The notes under the pieces are model-generated. The model was given only the letters and a program-made list of their open reading frames with translations, had not been told where the DNA came from and searched no databases. Below, piece by piece: positions 1-8,841 of a DNA stretch of 64,000 bases; positions within the stretch are counted from its first letter, which is position 1, and every line of letters begins with the position of its first letter. The DNA comes from a virus (lineage: Duplodnaviria > Caudoviricetes). The stretch lies in IMG/VR virus record IMGVR_UViG_3300028025_000089, one strand, 5' to 3'. The position numbers were made by a program, and so were the translations under genes.

Positions 1-1108
1 TAATAATTTTGTCGGGTAAATCTAAAACTTCTTCTTTTAATCTTCTTAGAATTTGTTTTGATGTTCTATCTCTTAATTCTTCTAAATTGGATGCTCCTGA
101 AACATTCCAAACTTTTCTTTTACCAGCATTAAATTGATAACCCTGACAATAACGAATCGCATAAGCCATCCAATTTTGAGCGACAGGACTTTCGATGATA
201 CTTAAAAGATTATAATAATTCATAGGTCGAGATGTCATCGGTGTTCCTGTTAATAACCAAACCTTATCAATGTTTTTAACATAACTATTAATTATCTTTG
301 TCCTTTGAGCTTGAGCGTTTGATATCATATGTGCTTCATCCAAAATCACAAGATCAAAATTAGATTTTTCTAATAATGAATTTTCTTTATCTTTTGGATC
401 GTGGAAGTTTTTTAATATATCATAATTTACAATAACAAAATCGTGATCCGTTGAAAACTTTTTTCCTTCGGCAATAAAAGTTGGTCGATCAGAATAGTTT
501 TCAATTTCTCTTTGCCAATTTATTTTTAAAGATGCTGGACAAATTATTAAAATCTTTTTTGCACCTGTCTCAAGTGCAGCAATAATTGTTGATGTAGTTT
601 TACCAAGTCCCATGTCATCAGCCAAAATAAATCTTTTTGATCCTGCCAATTTTTCAATTGCAACTTTCTGATGATTTAAAGGTGGTCTATGTGAATATTT
701 AGAATAATCAATATCAACACTTTTTACATTATGTGTTTTAATTAAAGCTGATTTTGGAACCCAAAATTCAGATAGTTTATCTTTTTCAAAAAACTTACCC
801 CAAACATGATAAGATTTTTCCTTTTCAACTAATAGTTTTTCAACATAGATTTCTTTTGGTGTTTCTATCAAATATCTTTCTTCTGCAAACTTTTTAGCAA
901 AATAAGTGTCTAACTCAACCCATTTTCTTGCAACTTTTGGTTTTGTTTCAAAATAAGATAAAATATAATCGGCTTGAGTTCGTGTTGGGAAAAACTTTTT
1001 TGATGATTCTTTTTTTTCTTTTAGATATAATATATAGTTGTTGGCACCACTATAGGTGTCAAGAACATCAAGTGCTTTATGTTCGATAAGAGTTTTTAAA
1101 TCTCCCAA
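1..1108 (-). CDS. SNF2/SWI2-family (HARP-like) helicase, N-terminal part; runs off the window edge
   Basis: Manual translation of the minus strand (not in the ORF track), TTG start at 1108: ILADDMGLGKT (Walker A), ICPASLKINW, LDEAH (Walker B), LLTGTP. Confidence 0.9.
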   Translation of the reverse strand, partial: MGDLKTLIEHKALDVLDTYSGANNYILYLKEKKESSKKFFPTRTQADYILSYFETKPKVARKWVELDTYFAKKFAEERYLIETPKEIYVEKLLVEKEKSYHVWGKFFEKDKLSEFWVPKSALIKTHNVKSVDIDYSKYSHRPPLNHQKVAIEKLAGSKRFILADDMGLGKTTSTIIAALETGAKKILIICPASLKINWQREIENYSDRPTFIAEGKKFSTDHDFVIVNYDILKNFHDPKDKENSLLEKSNFDLVILDEAHMISNAQAQRTKIINSYVKNIDKVWLLTGTPMTSRPMNYYNLLSIIESPVAQNWMAYAIRYCQGYQFNAGKRKVWNVSGASNLEELRDRTSKQILRRLKEEVLDLPDKII

Positions 1109-1141
1109 AATCTTTTTTATTAAAAATAATCATAAAATAAA

Positions 1142-1148
1142 TATTTAT
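1142..1148 (+). promoter_or_regulatory. TATTTAT motif (candidate late promoter), half of the palindrome ATAAATATTTAT at 1137-1148
   Basis: Lies 15 nt upstream of the ATG at 1164; the palindrome also places a copy on the minus strand upstream of the SNF2 gene. Confidence 0.55.
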
Positions 1149-1163
1149 CAATAAAACAGCCTA

Positions 1164-1676
1164 ATGAAAAGTAATGTTCCTATAACAAGACTCGGTAAAT
1201 TTTTTGGGGATCGTGATTTTGAACTTGAAATCGGTATGGGTCAAGAATGGTTAATTGGTGATATGAACTATACTTGTGTTCTTTATAGAATTGATAGAAA
1301 CAAAATTAAAACTGATGATGTTTACGGTGAAGTGGTTGAAGACGGTATTAAGTTTTTACCTCCTGTCGAATTCAATGCGTATGTTGCAATTGCCGCCCCC
1401 ACCAACAAAATGGTTGGATCAACAAGAATGGATCAAGTTGAGCCAGGTAATATTACAATGTCCGTTTATTTAAAAACACTTAATGATTTAAATATTGACA
1501 TAGATTTTGGAGACTATGTTGGTTATTACGATTCGGAAAATTTTGTTAGATATTATAGTGTTGTAAATGACGGTCGTGTTGTTTCAGACATAAAACATAC
1601 ATATAAGGGGTATAAACCTTTTTATCGCACCATAATCGCGGCTCCTGTCGGACCAAATGAATTTAGAGGATTATAA
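1164..1676 (+). CDS. Putative neck/head-completion protein (gp14-like)
   Basis: 170 aa, beta-rich, lies upstream of the tail terminator and sheath; assignment is mainly by synteny. Confidence 0.5.
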   Translation: MKSNVPITRLGKFFGDRDFELEIGMGQEWLIGDMNYTCVLYRIDRNKIKTDDVYGEVVEDGIKFLPPVEFNAYVAIAAPTNKMVGSTRMDQVEPGNITMSVYLKTLNDLNIDIDFGDYVGYYDSENFVRYYSVVNDGRVVSDIKHTYKGYKPFYRTIIAAPVGPNEFRGL

Positions 1677-2713
1677 TGGCATTACCAAAAAGAGGACCAG
1701 TAAAACCAACAATACCACTTAACTATCCTAAAACTCTTTTACCAAGAAGGGAAGAGATTAAGGATATGATTACAAAAGATGGAACTTATTTACCTAAGTC
1801 ACTTTTACATGCTGATTTAGATAGGGGGTTTTTAGATTTTGTAAAAGAAAAAATTCAATTTACAAGTGAAGGAAAAAAAATACCTGTTGTTGATGTTTTG
1901 ATAACAACACAAAATTGGTCACAATTTGTTCAAACTTGGGATTTTCAAAATATAGATAAAAATTTGGAACCTCCATTTTTAACGATCATTAGAAATCCTG
2001 ATGTTAAATTGAACGATAAAAGAAGATATAATATCCCAAATAACAGGATGTATTATTATATGGAAGTTCCAACATGGGATGGAAATAGAAAAGGTGTTAA
2101 CATATATAAAATTCCACAACCAATTCCTGTTGATATAAAATATACGGTTGCTTTAGTTTGTAATAGAATGCGTGAAGTTAATAAAATGAATGAAACAATT
2201 ATGAATTTATTTGCTTCATATAATGCATATCAAATTATAAATGGACATTATATTCCGATTATTAATGAATCATTCACCGACGAATCTGTTATGGATTTAG
2301 AAAGTAGAAAGTATTATATAAATAAATACGAATTTACACTCAATGGATTTTTAATAGATGAAGAACAATTTGAAGTATACCCCGCTTTAAATAGAACAAT
2401 TCAAATGTTTGAAGTTGATAGTCGACCTGTTAAAAGACCGCAAAAAAAACAACAACCACCAGAATTAGAATCAATAACTTTTACGTATGAAAATAGTTTA
2501 ACAACATTAGAAAGATCTTTCTTCTACACTTGTAATTTACTTTTTCAAAATACGGTTAATGTATCATCATTTTCGGTATACATAAATAATCAATATGTTG
2601 GTGATGATGTAGATCTAATTCAAATCAATAATGGTGACGAATTAAAGATTGATATTATTATGGGATCAACAGGTCAAGTTCCTCAAGTAATATTTACACA
2701 AAAGTTAATTTAG
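1676..2713 (+). CDS. Putative tail terminator/completion protein (gp15-like) with C-terminal extension
   Basis: TAATG coupling to the previous gene; P(V/I)PVDIKYTV...Y...F.L.GFL pattern; immediately precedes the sheath. Confidence 0.55.
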   Translation: MALPKRGPVKPTIPLNYPKTLLPRREEIKDMITKDGTYLPKSLLHADLDRGFLDFVKEKIQFTSEGKKIPVVDVLITTQNWSQFVQTWDFQNIDKNLEPPFLTIIRNPDVKLNDKRRYNIPNNRMYYYMEVPTWDGNRKGVNIYKIPQPIPVDIKYTVALVCNRMREVNKMNETIMNLFASYNAYQIINGHYIPIINESFTDESVMDLESRKYYINKYEFTLNGFLIDEEQFEVYPALNRTIQMFEVDSRPVKRPQKKQQPPELESITFTYENSLTTLERSFFYTCNLLFQNTVNVSSFSVYINNQYVGDDVDLIQINNGDELKIDIIMGSTGQVPQVIFTQKLI

Positions 2714-2874
2714 TTTTCACCATAGATGTCTTTTTTTTCTTGACACTTTTCCATAATTAAGTTTTCTAAAAACTTATACATTTTGATTCCACGTTTATCA
2801 CAATACTTTTTCAAAACATTGTGAACATCAACGTCTATTTTTAAATTTTTTATTTTTTTTTCTTGTTTATCCAT
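2710..2874 (-). CDS. Small ribbon-helix-helix-type DNA-binding protein (54 aa), missed by the ORF track
   Basis: MDKQEKKIKNLKIDVDVHNVLKKYCDKRGIKMYKFLENLIMEKCQEKKDIYGEN: beta-strand (KNLKID) followed by two helices; fills the gap and has its own minus-strand TATTTAT at 2911-2917. Confidence 0.7.
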   Translation of the reverse strand: MDKQEKKIKNLKIDVDVHNVLKKYCDKRGIKMYKFLENLIMEKCQEKKDIYGEN

Positions 2875-2910
2875 AGGTAGAAAAAAGGCAGAAAAAAATC
2901 ATACCAACTT

Positions 2911-2917
2911 ATAAATA
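2911..2917 (-). promoter_or_regulatory. TATTTAT motif upstream of the RHH gene
   Basis: ATAAATA on the plus strand, 36 nt upstream of the minus-strand ATG at 2874. Confidence 0.45.
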
Positions 2918-2953
2918 CTTTTATAAATGTAAAGTTTTTGGTGTTTTTCATAG

Positions 2954-2960
2954 TATTTAT
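2954..2960 (+). promoter_or_regulatory. TATTTAT motif upstream of the sheath gene
   Basis: gTATTTATag followed by an A/T-rich leader to the ATG at 2996. Confidence 0.55.
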
Positions 2961-2995
2961 AGTAAAAATAAATTTTATAAAAAGTATTTTACAAT

Positions 2996-5900
2996 ATGGC
3001 AACTAACAGTAAAGTTTTCGTTTCACCCGGTGTGTATACTTCTGAAGTCGACCTTAGCTTTGTAGCACAAAGTGTGGGTGTAACTACATTAGGTATTGTC
3101 GGTGAAACTTTAATAGGTCCAGCATTCGAACCTATCTTCATCACAAATTTCGATGAATTCCAAACCGTATTCGGCGGAACATCACCTGAAAAATTTGTAA
3201 ACACACAAATTCCAAAATACGAGGCATCATATATTGCTAAGGCATATCTTCAACAATCAAACCAATTATTTGTAACGAGAATTTTAGGTTTATCAGGTTA
3301 TGACGCAGGTCCATCTTGGTCAATAGCCACCGTTGCAAACGTCGATCCTTCAACGATTGGTGTTTGGTGTTTAAGTTCAGTTACTGATGTATACACTTGT
3401 GAAACTATTTGTGCAATTCCTAACGAAGTAACATACTTAGTAAGTTTTACTGGATGTAACAATAGCACTTCATCAATAACATATACTTCATTATTTCCTG
3501 ACGATATTCAAAACATTATAAATGATCAATTTGAACAATTCAATGGAAATGTTTCAACATTAGATGCACAAATTAAAAACTTAATTTTTGACGTTATTAC
3601 AGATTCAGATCCGTTTACAGCAGAAGATGAATTCATTTCTTACTTTGGTTCAGTAAGTAGTAATGATTACAACGCTTTAACAAATGCTGGATGGACGGCA
3701 GCAACAAATGTGTTTAATGTTCCTTCGGTTTCTTTAGATGATACGAATTTGTTGTCTCCATTGAATGATCCATGGTATTATGCATTATTTACTAACACAG
3801 GAAATACAAACTATAGTGGTTTTTCATTCTATACTTTCGTTTCAGGTTTAACTTTAAACCCTGTAACAACTACAACAACAATTCACACATCAACAACGAC
3901 CACCACAACTAACCCTTGTGCAACTCCAGTACCAAATCCATCTACAACAACGACAACAACATTACCTCTTAATTGTTATACAGGTCAATTAGTTGTTAAA
4001 TTATTCTACTATACGGGAACATCATTTAGTGATTATGATAATGTAGTAGTGGGATCTTTAAGATCGAGAGGTGTCTCAACATATACAACATCCACTAATC
4101 CTACTTATTCAGTTACTGGAACATCAGATGTAACATTAAACATGTCGGGTCAATATTCATCAGTTCTTAAAAATCCATACGCAACGTTTGGTGTAAATGT
4201 TACTGATAAATTTGGAACTAACTATACCTTTGAAACTTCATTTACACAAAATGATCCTGAATATTGGACAAAGGTGTTTGGTGTAACTAATTTCCAAAAA
4301 CCAAGAATTGAAGTTCCTGTATTTGCAGAAGAAAACTTCCAATCATGGTTGAACTTCGCTTGGAGAAAAGGATATATTAGAGGTCTTAACCCTAATTTAA
4401 TTGCACTTGAATCGGCTCAAAGTGGTGATCCAAACTCAATTGGTTGGTATTTAGATAGATGGCAAACACCATCATCACCATTTGTTGTTTCAGAATTAAG
4501 AGGTAATAAAGTTTATGACTTATTTAGATTCTACACAATTTCTGACGGTGACGGAGCTAACACGTTAATAAAAATTTCAATTGTAAATCAAACTTATAAT
4601 AATTTAACTTTTGACGTATTAATTCGTGATTATTTTGATACAGATGCAAATCCTGTTGTTCTTGAGAAATTTACAAACTGTACAATGGACCCAGGACAAA
4701 ACAACTATATTGGAAATAAAATCGGAACATTAGATGGTGAATACTTATTGAATTCTAAATATGTTATGGTTGAGATGTCTGAAGACGCTCCGATTGACGC
4801 ACTTCCTTGTGGATTTAACGGATTCAACTTTAGAAATTATGCAGGTGCACAATCTCCGTTCCCAATTATTAAAGGTAAATACGATTTCCCTGGTGAAGTT
4901 ATTTATAACCCACCATTTGGTTTATCAACAGGTAATGACGACGCATTAGTTAGTCCGGGAGATAATGTTAGAAGAACTTATTTGGGTATTTCTAACTCTT
5001 ACGGATGGGACCCTGCATATTTTGAATACATCGGGAAAAGAAATCCTGTAAATTCTTGTGATATAGATGGATTACCATTCAATTACAGATCTGCTGGTTT
5101 CCACATGGATGTAAACGCAAGTGGTTTAACAATCGGACCTGAGTTCTCAACGGCCGGTGACCAAAGATTTATCTGTGGTAATTCACCATTTATTACAGAA
5201 CCTGAATTACCAACAAACGCTTACTATAGATTGTTCGCTCGTAAATTTACTTTATTAGTTCAAGGTGGATTTGACGGATGGGACATTTATAGAGAATACA
5301 GAACCATCGGTGATGAATTCCAAATCGGTAGACGTGGATACTTAAACGGAGCTTGTCCTTCAACAAGATACCCACAAGCAACGGGTTGGGGAGCATTTAA
5401 AGAAATTTCTTTAGGTGACGGAACTCAAAACTTTGCAAATACTGACTACTACGCATATCTATTAGGTCAACAAACATTTGCAAACCCTGAAGCGACAAAT
5501 ATTAACGTATTTGTTACACCGGGTATTGATTATGTTAATAATAGTAACTTAGTGGAGGCTGCGGTTGAAATGATCGAATTCAATAGAGCTGACTCATTAT
5601 ATGTTTGTACAACACCTGATATTGATTTGTTTACACCATCTTCAAGTGGAATTGATTTGTTTATCTACCCAACTGAAGCAGTAAATAACTTAGAAGATAC
5701 AGGAATTGACTCTAACTATACCGCAACTTACTATCCGTGGGTATTAACAAGAGATAGTGTGAACAACACACAAATCTATATTCCACCGACAGCTGAGGTT
5801 ACAAGAAACTTAGCGTTGACAGATAACATCGCGTTCCCTTGGTTCGCAGCGGCGGGTTACACTCGTGGTATTGTTAACTGTATCAAAGCTCGTAAGAAGT

Positions 5901-6331
5901 TGACTCAAGAAGACAGAGACATCCTTTACGTAGGTAGAATTAACCCAATTGCAACTTTCTCAGATGTGGGAACTGTAATTTGGGGTAACAAAACTCTACA
6001 AGTAAGAGAATCTGCTCTTGACAGAATCAACGTAAGAAGATTGTTACTACAAGCTCGTAAATTGATTTCAGCAGTATCTGTTAGATTGTTGTTCGAACAA
6101 AATGACGCACAGGTTAGACAAGACTTCCTAAATGCCGTTAACCCGATTCTTGACTCAATTAGAAGAGACCGTGGTTTATATGACTTTAGAGTTACAGTTT
6201 CTTCTGACCCTGAAGATTTAGATAGAAATCAAATGACAGGTAAAATTTACATCAAACCTACAAGAGCCCTTGAATTTATAGATATCACTTTCTATATCAC
6301 ACCAACGGGAGCTTCGTTTGAAAATATTTAA
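2996..6331 (+). CDS. Tail sheath protein (gp18-like), 1111 aa with large insertions
   Basis: N-terminal SPGVYTSEVDLS; C-terminal YYPWV...YIPP, PWFAAAG..RG, RINPI, WGNKTL, RINVRRLL, IKPTRALEFI sheath motifs. Confidence 0.95.
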   Translation: MATNSKVFVSPGVYTSEVDLSFVAQSVGVTTLGIVGETLIGPAFEPIFITNFDEFQTVFGGTSPEKFVNTQIPKYEASYIAKAYLQQSNQLFVTRILGLSGYDAGPSWSIATVANVDPSTIGVWCLSSVTDVYTCETICAIPNEVTYLVSFTGCNNSTSSITYTSLFPDDIQNIINDQFEQFNGNVSTLDAQIKNLIFDVITDSDPFTAEDEFISYFGSVSSNDYNALTNAGWTAATNVFNVPSVSLDDTNLLSPLNDPWYYALFTNTGNTNYSGFSFYTFVSGLTLNPVTTTTTIHTSTTTTTTNPCATPVPNPSTTTTTTLPLNCYTGQLVVKLFYYTGTSFSDYDNVVVGSLRSRGVSTYTTSTNPTYSVTGTSDVTLNMSGQYSSVLKNPYATFGVNVTDKFGTNYTFETSFTQNDPEYWTKVFGVTNFQKPRIEVPVFAEENFQSWLNFAWRKGYIRGLNPNLIALESAQSGDPNSIGWYLDRWQTPSSPFVVSELRGNKVYDLFRFYTISDGDGANTLIKISIVNQTYNNLTFDVLIRDYFDTDANPVVLEKFTNCTMDPGQNNYIGNKIGTLDGEYLLNSKYVMVEMSEDAPIDALPCGFNGFNFRNYAGAQSPFPIIKGKYDFPGEVIYNPPFGLSTGNDDALVSPGDNVRRTYLGISNSYGWDPAYFEYIGKRNPVNSCDIDGLPFNYRSAGFHMDVNASGLTIGPEFSTAGDQRFICGNSPFITEPELPTNAYYRLFARKFTLLVQGGFDGWDIYREYRTIGDEFQIGRRGYLNGACPSTRYPQATGWGAFKEISLGDGTQNFANTDYYAYLLGQQTFANPEATNINVFVTPGIDYVNNSNLVEAAVEMIEFNRADSLYVCTTPDIDLFTPSSSGIDLFIYPTEAVNNLEDTGIDSNYTATYYPWVLTRDSVNNTQIYIPPTAEVTRNLALTDNIAFPWFAAAGYTRGIVNCIKARKKLTQEDRDILYVGRINPIATFSDVGTVIWGNKTLQVRESALDRINVRRLLLQARKLISAVSVRLLFEQNDAQVRQDFLNAVNPILDSIRRDRGLYDFRVTVSSDPEDLDRNQMTGKIYIKPTRALEFIDITFYITPTGASFENI
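3860..3967 (+). repeat. Poly-Thr/Pro mucin-like tract inside the sheath gene
   Basis: Encodes PVTTTTTIHTSTTTTTTNPCATPVPNPSTTTTTTLP (ACN codon runs). Confidence 0.9.
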
Positions 6332-6348
6332 ACTTGGTTTATAAAAAG

Positions 6349-6379
6349 AAAAGGGAGGTTTAATTATCTCCCTTTTTTT
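6349..6379 (+). terminator. Rho-independent terminator after the sheath gene
   Basis: AAAAGGGAG...CTCCCTTTT stem followed by a T-run. Confidence 0.8.
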
Positions 6380-6389
6380 ATTTATCTAA

Positions 6390-6396
6390 TATTTAT
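6390..6396 (+). promoter_or_regulatory. TATTTAT motif (a second copy at 6379-6385) upstream of the HAD gene
   Basis: Two copies within 22 nt of the ATG at 6401. Confidence 0.5.
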
Positions 6397-6400
6397 TAGT

Positions 6401-7231
6401 ATGGATCACAAAAAATTAGTAAGACAAATAATTTCTGAAATATTTTCTGAACAACTTAAACCAACAATGAAATATTATGCGTTTGATTGGGATGACAACT
6501 TAATGTATATGCCAACTCAAATTTATCTTAAAGATGATAGAGGTAATAGTGTTGGTATGTCTACGGAAGATTTTGCAGAATACCGAACAGAAATTGGGCA
6601 GGAACCTTTCGAATATGAAGGGCACACCATAGTAGGTTTTGACGAAGATGCGTTTAGAGACTTCAGAGTTACCGGTGATAAAAAGTTTTTAAAAGATGCA
6701 ATGACCGCTGAAACGGGACCTGCATGGGACGACTTTGTTGAGGCCGTTAATAATGGATCAATATTTGCAATCATAACCGCACGAGGACACACCCCTACAA
6801 TATTAAAACAAGCAGTTTATAATTTAATTAAAAATAATAAACACGGTTTAAATAAAGAAACAATTGTTAAAAATTTAAGAAAATATAGAGATTTGGCAGA
6901 CGAGGACGATTTATCTGACGACGAACTTATAAGGTCTTATTTAGAAATGTGTCGTTTTCACCCCGTTAGTTTTGGTGAAGGTTCAGCTGCGAACCCCGAA
7001 GAATTAAAAGTTTTGGCGATGAGAGAATTTATGACTTATGTTCAAAACTTATCAAAACAACTTCAAGAAAAGGCATTTATGAAAAACAAGATAAGTAATT
7101 ATTTTATTCCTTATGTAGGCTTTTCAGATGATGATTTAAGAAATGTTCAAACAATGAGAAAATATTTTGATGACGAAGATGAATTAAAAATATATCATAC
7201 TAGTAAACAAGGTAAAACTTCATATGAATAA
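6401..7231 (+). CDS. HAD-superfamily phosphatase-like protein
   Basis: Motif I FDWDDNL, motif II IITARGH, motif IV GFSDDD. Confidence 0.7.
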   Translation: MDHKKLVRQIISEIFSEQLKPTMKYYAFDWDDNLMYMPTQIYLKDDRGNSVGMSTEDFAEYRTEIGQEPFEYEGHTIVGFDEDAFRDFRVTGDKKFLKDAMTAETGPAWDDFVEAVNNGSIFAIITARGHTPTILKQAVYNLIKNNKHGLNKETIVKNLRKYRDLADEDDLSDDELIRSYLEMCRFHPVSFGEGSAANPEELKVLAMREFMTYVQNLSKQLQEKAFMKNKISNYFIPYVGFSDDDLRNVQTMRKYFDDEDELKIYHTSKQGKTSYE

Positions 7232-7301
7232 CTGGTCTGGTCTAGTTAGTAATTTATTTTATAAAAGATCAAAGTAAATAGAAAAATTTTTAAATAGGAT
7301 A

Positions 7302-7308
7302 TATTTAT
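7302..7308 (+). promoter_or_regulatory. TATTTAT motif upstream of the tail tube gene
   Basis: aTATTTATaa followed by an almost pure poly-A leader to the ATG at 7345. Confidence 0.55.
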
Positions 7309-7344
7309 AATAAACAAAATAAAAAAAAACAAAAAAAATAAGAC

Positions 7345-7833
7345 ATGGCTGATTTATTAATGAAAATGCCCATACCCTATGAGCCAAAACAAAATCATAG
7401 GTGGATATTAAGATTTCCTTCTTCGTTAGGGATTAACGAATGGTTTGTTCAAACAACTTCTAGACCAAAGATGACTGTTAATAACACACCTATTAAGTTT
7501 TTGAATACAAACACAAACGTTGCAACTGACTTTAAGTGGGAACCTATTAGTTGCACATTTTTAGATCCAATTGGTCCATCAGCAACTCAAGCGATTATGG
7601 AATGGATTCGTCTATGTGCTGAGTCTGTAACAGGACGTATGGGATATGCTGCGGGTTACAAAAAAAATGTTGACCTTGAGATGTTAGACCCAACAGGAGT
7701 GGTAATCGAAAAATGGATTCTTCAAGGGGCTTTTTTAAGTGGTTATGATGGTGGGGCTTTAAATTACGGATCACCAGGTTTATCAACAATCTCAACATCA
7801 TTAGTTGTTGATAGATGTATTTTGGTTTACTAA
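7345..7833 (+). CDS. Tail tube protein (gp19-like)
   Basis: 162 aa; EPK..RW.L.F, W.PI..TF.DP, EW, L.MLDP.G.VIE.W.L.GAF pattern; downstream of the sheath. Confidence 0.88.
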   Translation: MADLLMKMPIPYEPKQNHRWILRFPSSLGINEWFVQTTSRPKMTVNNTPIKFLNTNTNVATDFKWEPISCTFLDPIGPSATQAIMEWIRLCAESVTGRMGYAAGYKKNVDLEMLDPTGVVIEKWILQGAFLSGYDGGALNYGSPGLSTISTSLVVDRCILVY

Positions 7834-7856
7834 AAATTAAATAATAAAATCATAAT

Positions 7857-7890
7857 AACCTTCACTATTTACTAGTGAAGGTTTTTTTTT
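7857..7890 (+). terminator. Rho-independent terminator after the tube gene
   Basis: AACCTTCACTA-TTTAC-TAGTGAAGGTT plus a T-run. Confidence 0.85.
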
Positions 7891-7910
7891 ATTTTTTAAT
7901 TAAAAATATT

Positions 7911-8675
7911 ATGGAAAACTACGAATTAGAACAATCAAATTTTAATTTACCACACGATGTGATACAATTACCTAGTAAAGGTATTTTTTACAAAAGTAAA
8001 AAGAAATCAATTAAAGTTGGTTATTTAACTGCTCAAGATGAAAATTTGTTGGCTAATTTTGACCCAAAAGTTTCATTAAACGAATCAATAGTTTTACCAC
8101 TCTTACAAAGAAAAATCTATGAAAAGGACATTAAAGCTGAAGAATTAACAGATGGTGACGTTGAGGCGATTCTTCTATTTTTAAGAAATACTTCTTTTGG
8201 TCCTGAATATACTATAGGTGTTAAAGATCCTGTGACAGAAAAAACTTTTTCCGCATCCATAATGTTAGATGAATTAAATTATAGTAAACCAAACACACAA
8301 CCAAATGAAAATGGTGTTTACAATTTAACCTTGCCAATGTCAAAATCACAAGTTGAAATTAAAATGATGACATTAGGAGATAGAGTAAATTTAGAAAGAG
8401 ACATTAGAAATTATCCTGTAAATTTAACGGCACCTGTTATCACTATGAGATTAAGTAAACAAATCGTATCTGTTAATGGAAAAACAGATAGGGGTGAAAT
8501 AGAAACTTTTATTGAAAGTATGCCAATCGCTGACTCAAAATTCATTCGTCGTTTTTCTATGGAAAACGAACCTAAATTAGATTTAAGAAAAGAAGTTATA
8601 GCCCCGTCAGGAGAAAGAGTAATGGTTGACATTGCTTTTGGGGTGGAATTTTTTCGGCCTTTCTTATCACTATAA
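7911..8675 (+). CDS. Tail/baseplate assembly chaperone (gp26-like)
   Basis: LPS.G..Y...I.V..LTA.DE, LLFLR..S.G pattern and an FF near the C-terminus. Start moved to ATG 7911 because the track's GTG (7875) lies inside the terminator stem. Confidence 0.75.
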   Translation: MENYELEQSNFNLPHDVIQLPSKGIFYKSKKKSIKVGYLTAQDENLLANFDPKVSLNESIVLPLLQRKIYEKDIKAEELTDGDVEAILLFLRNTSFGPEYTIGVKDPVTEKTFSASIMLDELNYSKPNTQPNENGVYNLTLPMSKSQVEIKMMTLGDRVNLERDIRNYPVNLTAPVITMRLSKQIVSVNGKTDRGEIETFIESMPIADSKFIRRFSMENEPKLDLRKEVIAPSGERVMVDIAFGVEFFRPFLSL

Positions 8676-8808
8676 AAAAACAATCTTAGACGAATTTTAT
8701 TACTTTTCTAGAATATTCAGAACACAATATTCTGAGTTTATGAATATGCCAACTTATATTAGAAAATATATTATAAACAAATATATTGAAGAAAAACAAG
8801 AAAAATAG
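8626..8808 (+). CDS. gp51-like chaperone C-terminal module, probably expressed by +1 frameshift from the upstream gene
   Basis: ILDEFYY...SEFMNMPTYIRKYIINKYIEE resembles gp51/gpT-type extensions; only a weak overlapping TTG start; directly precedes the tape measure. Confidence 0.65.
   Translation: MTLLLGWNFFGLSYHYKKTILDEFYYFSRIFRTQYSEFMNMPTYIRKYIINKYIEEKQEK
8646..8658 (+). other. Candidate +1 programmed ribosomal frameshift site GAA TTT TTT CGG C
   Basis: T6 run followed by a CGG codon; a +1 slip gives TTT TTC GGC, in frame with 8626..8808. Confidence 0.55.
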
Positions 8809-8817
8809 TTATAAAAC

Positions 8818-8824
8818 TATTTAT
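8818..8824 (+). promoter_or_regulatory. TATTTAT motif upstream of the tape measure gene
   Basis: 17 nt upstream of the ATG at 8842. Confidence 0.55.
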
Positions 8825-8841
8825 CGTTAATAAGAAAATAT

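Noticed and set aside
7232-7344. tRNA or structured ncRNA in intergenic gaps
   Set aside because: Gaps are short and A/T-rich, and the only hairpins are terminators; no cloverleaf seen.
7875-7910. GTG start extension of the chaperone gene
   Set aside because: Lies inside the terminator hairpin and T-run; ATG 7911 with an A-rich leader is more plausible.
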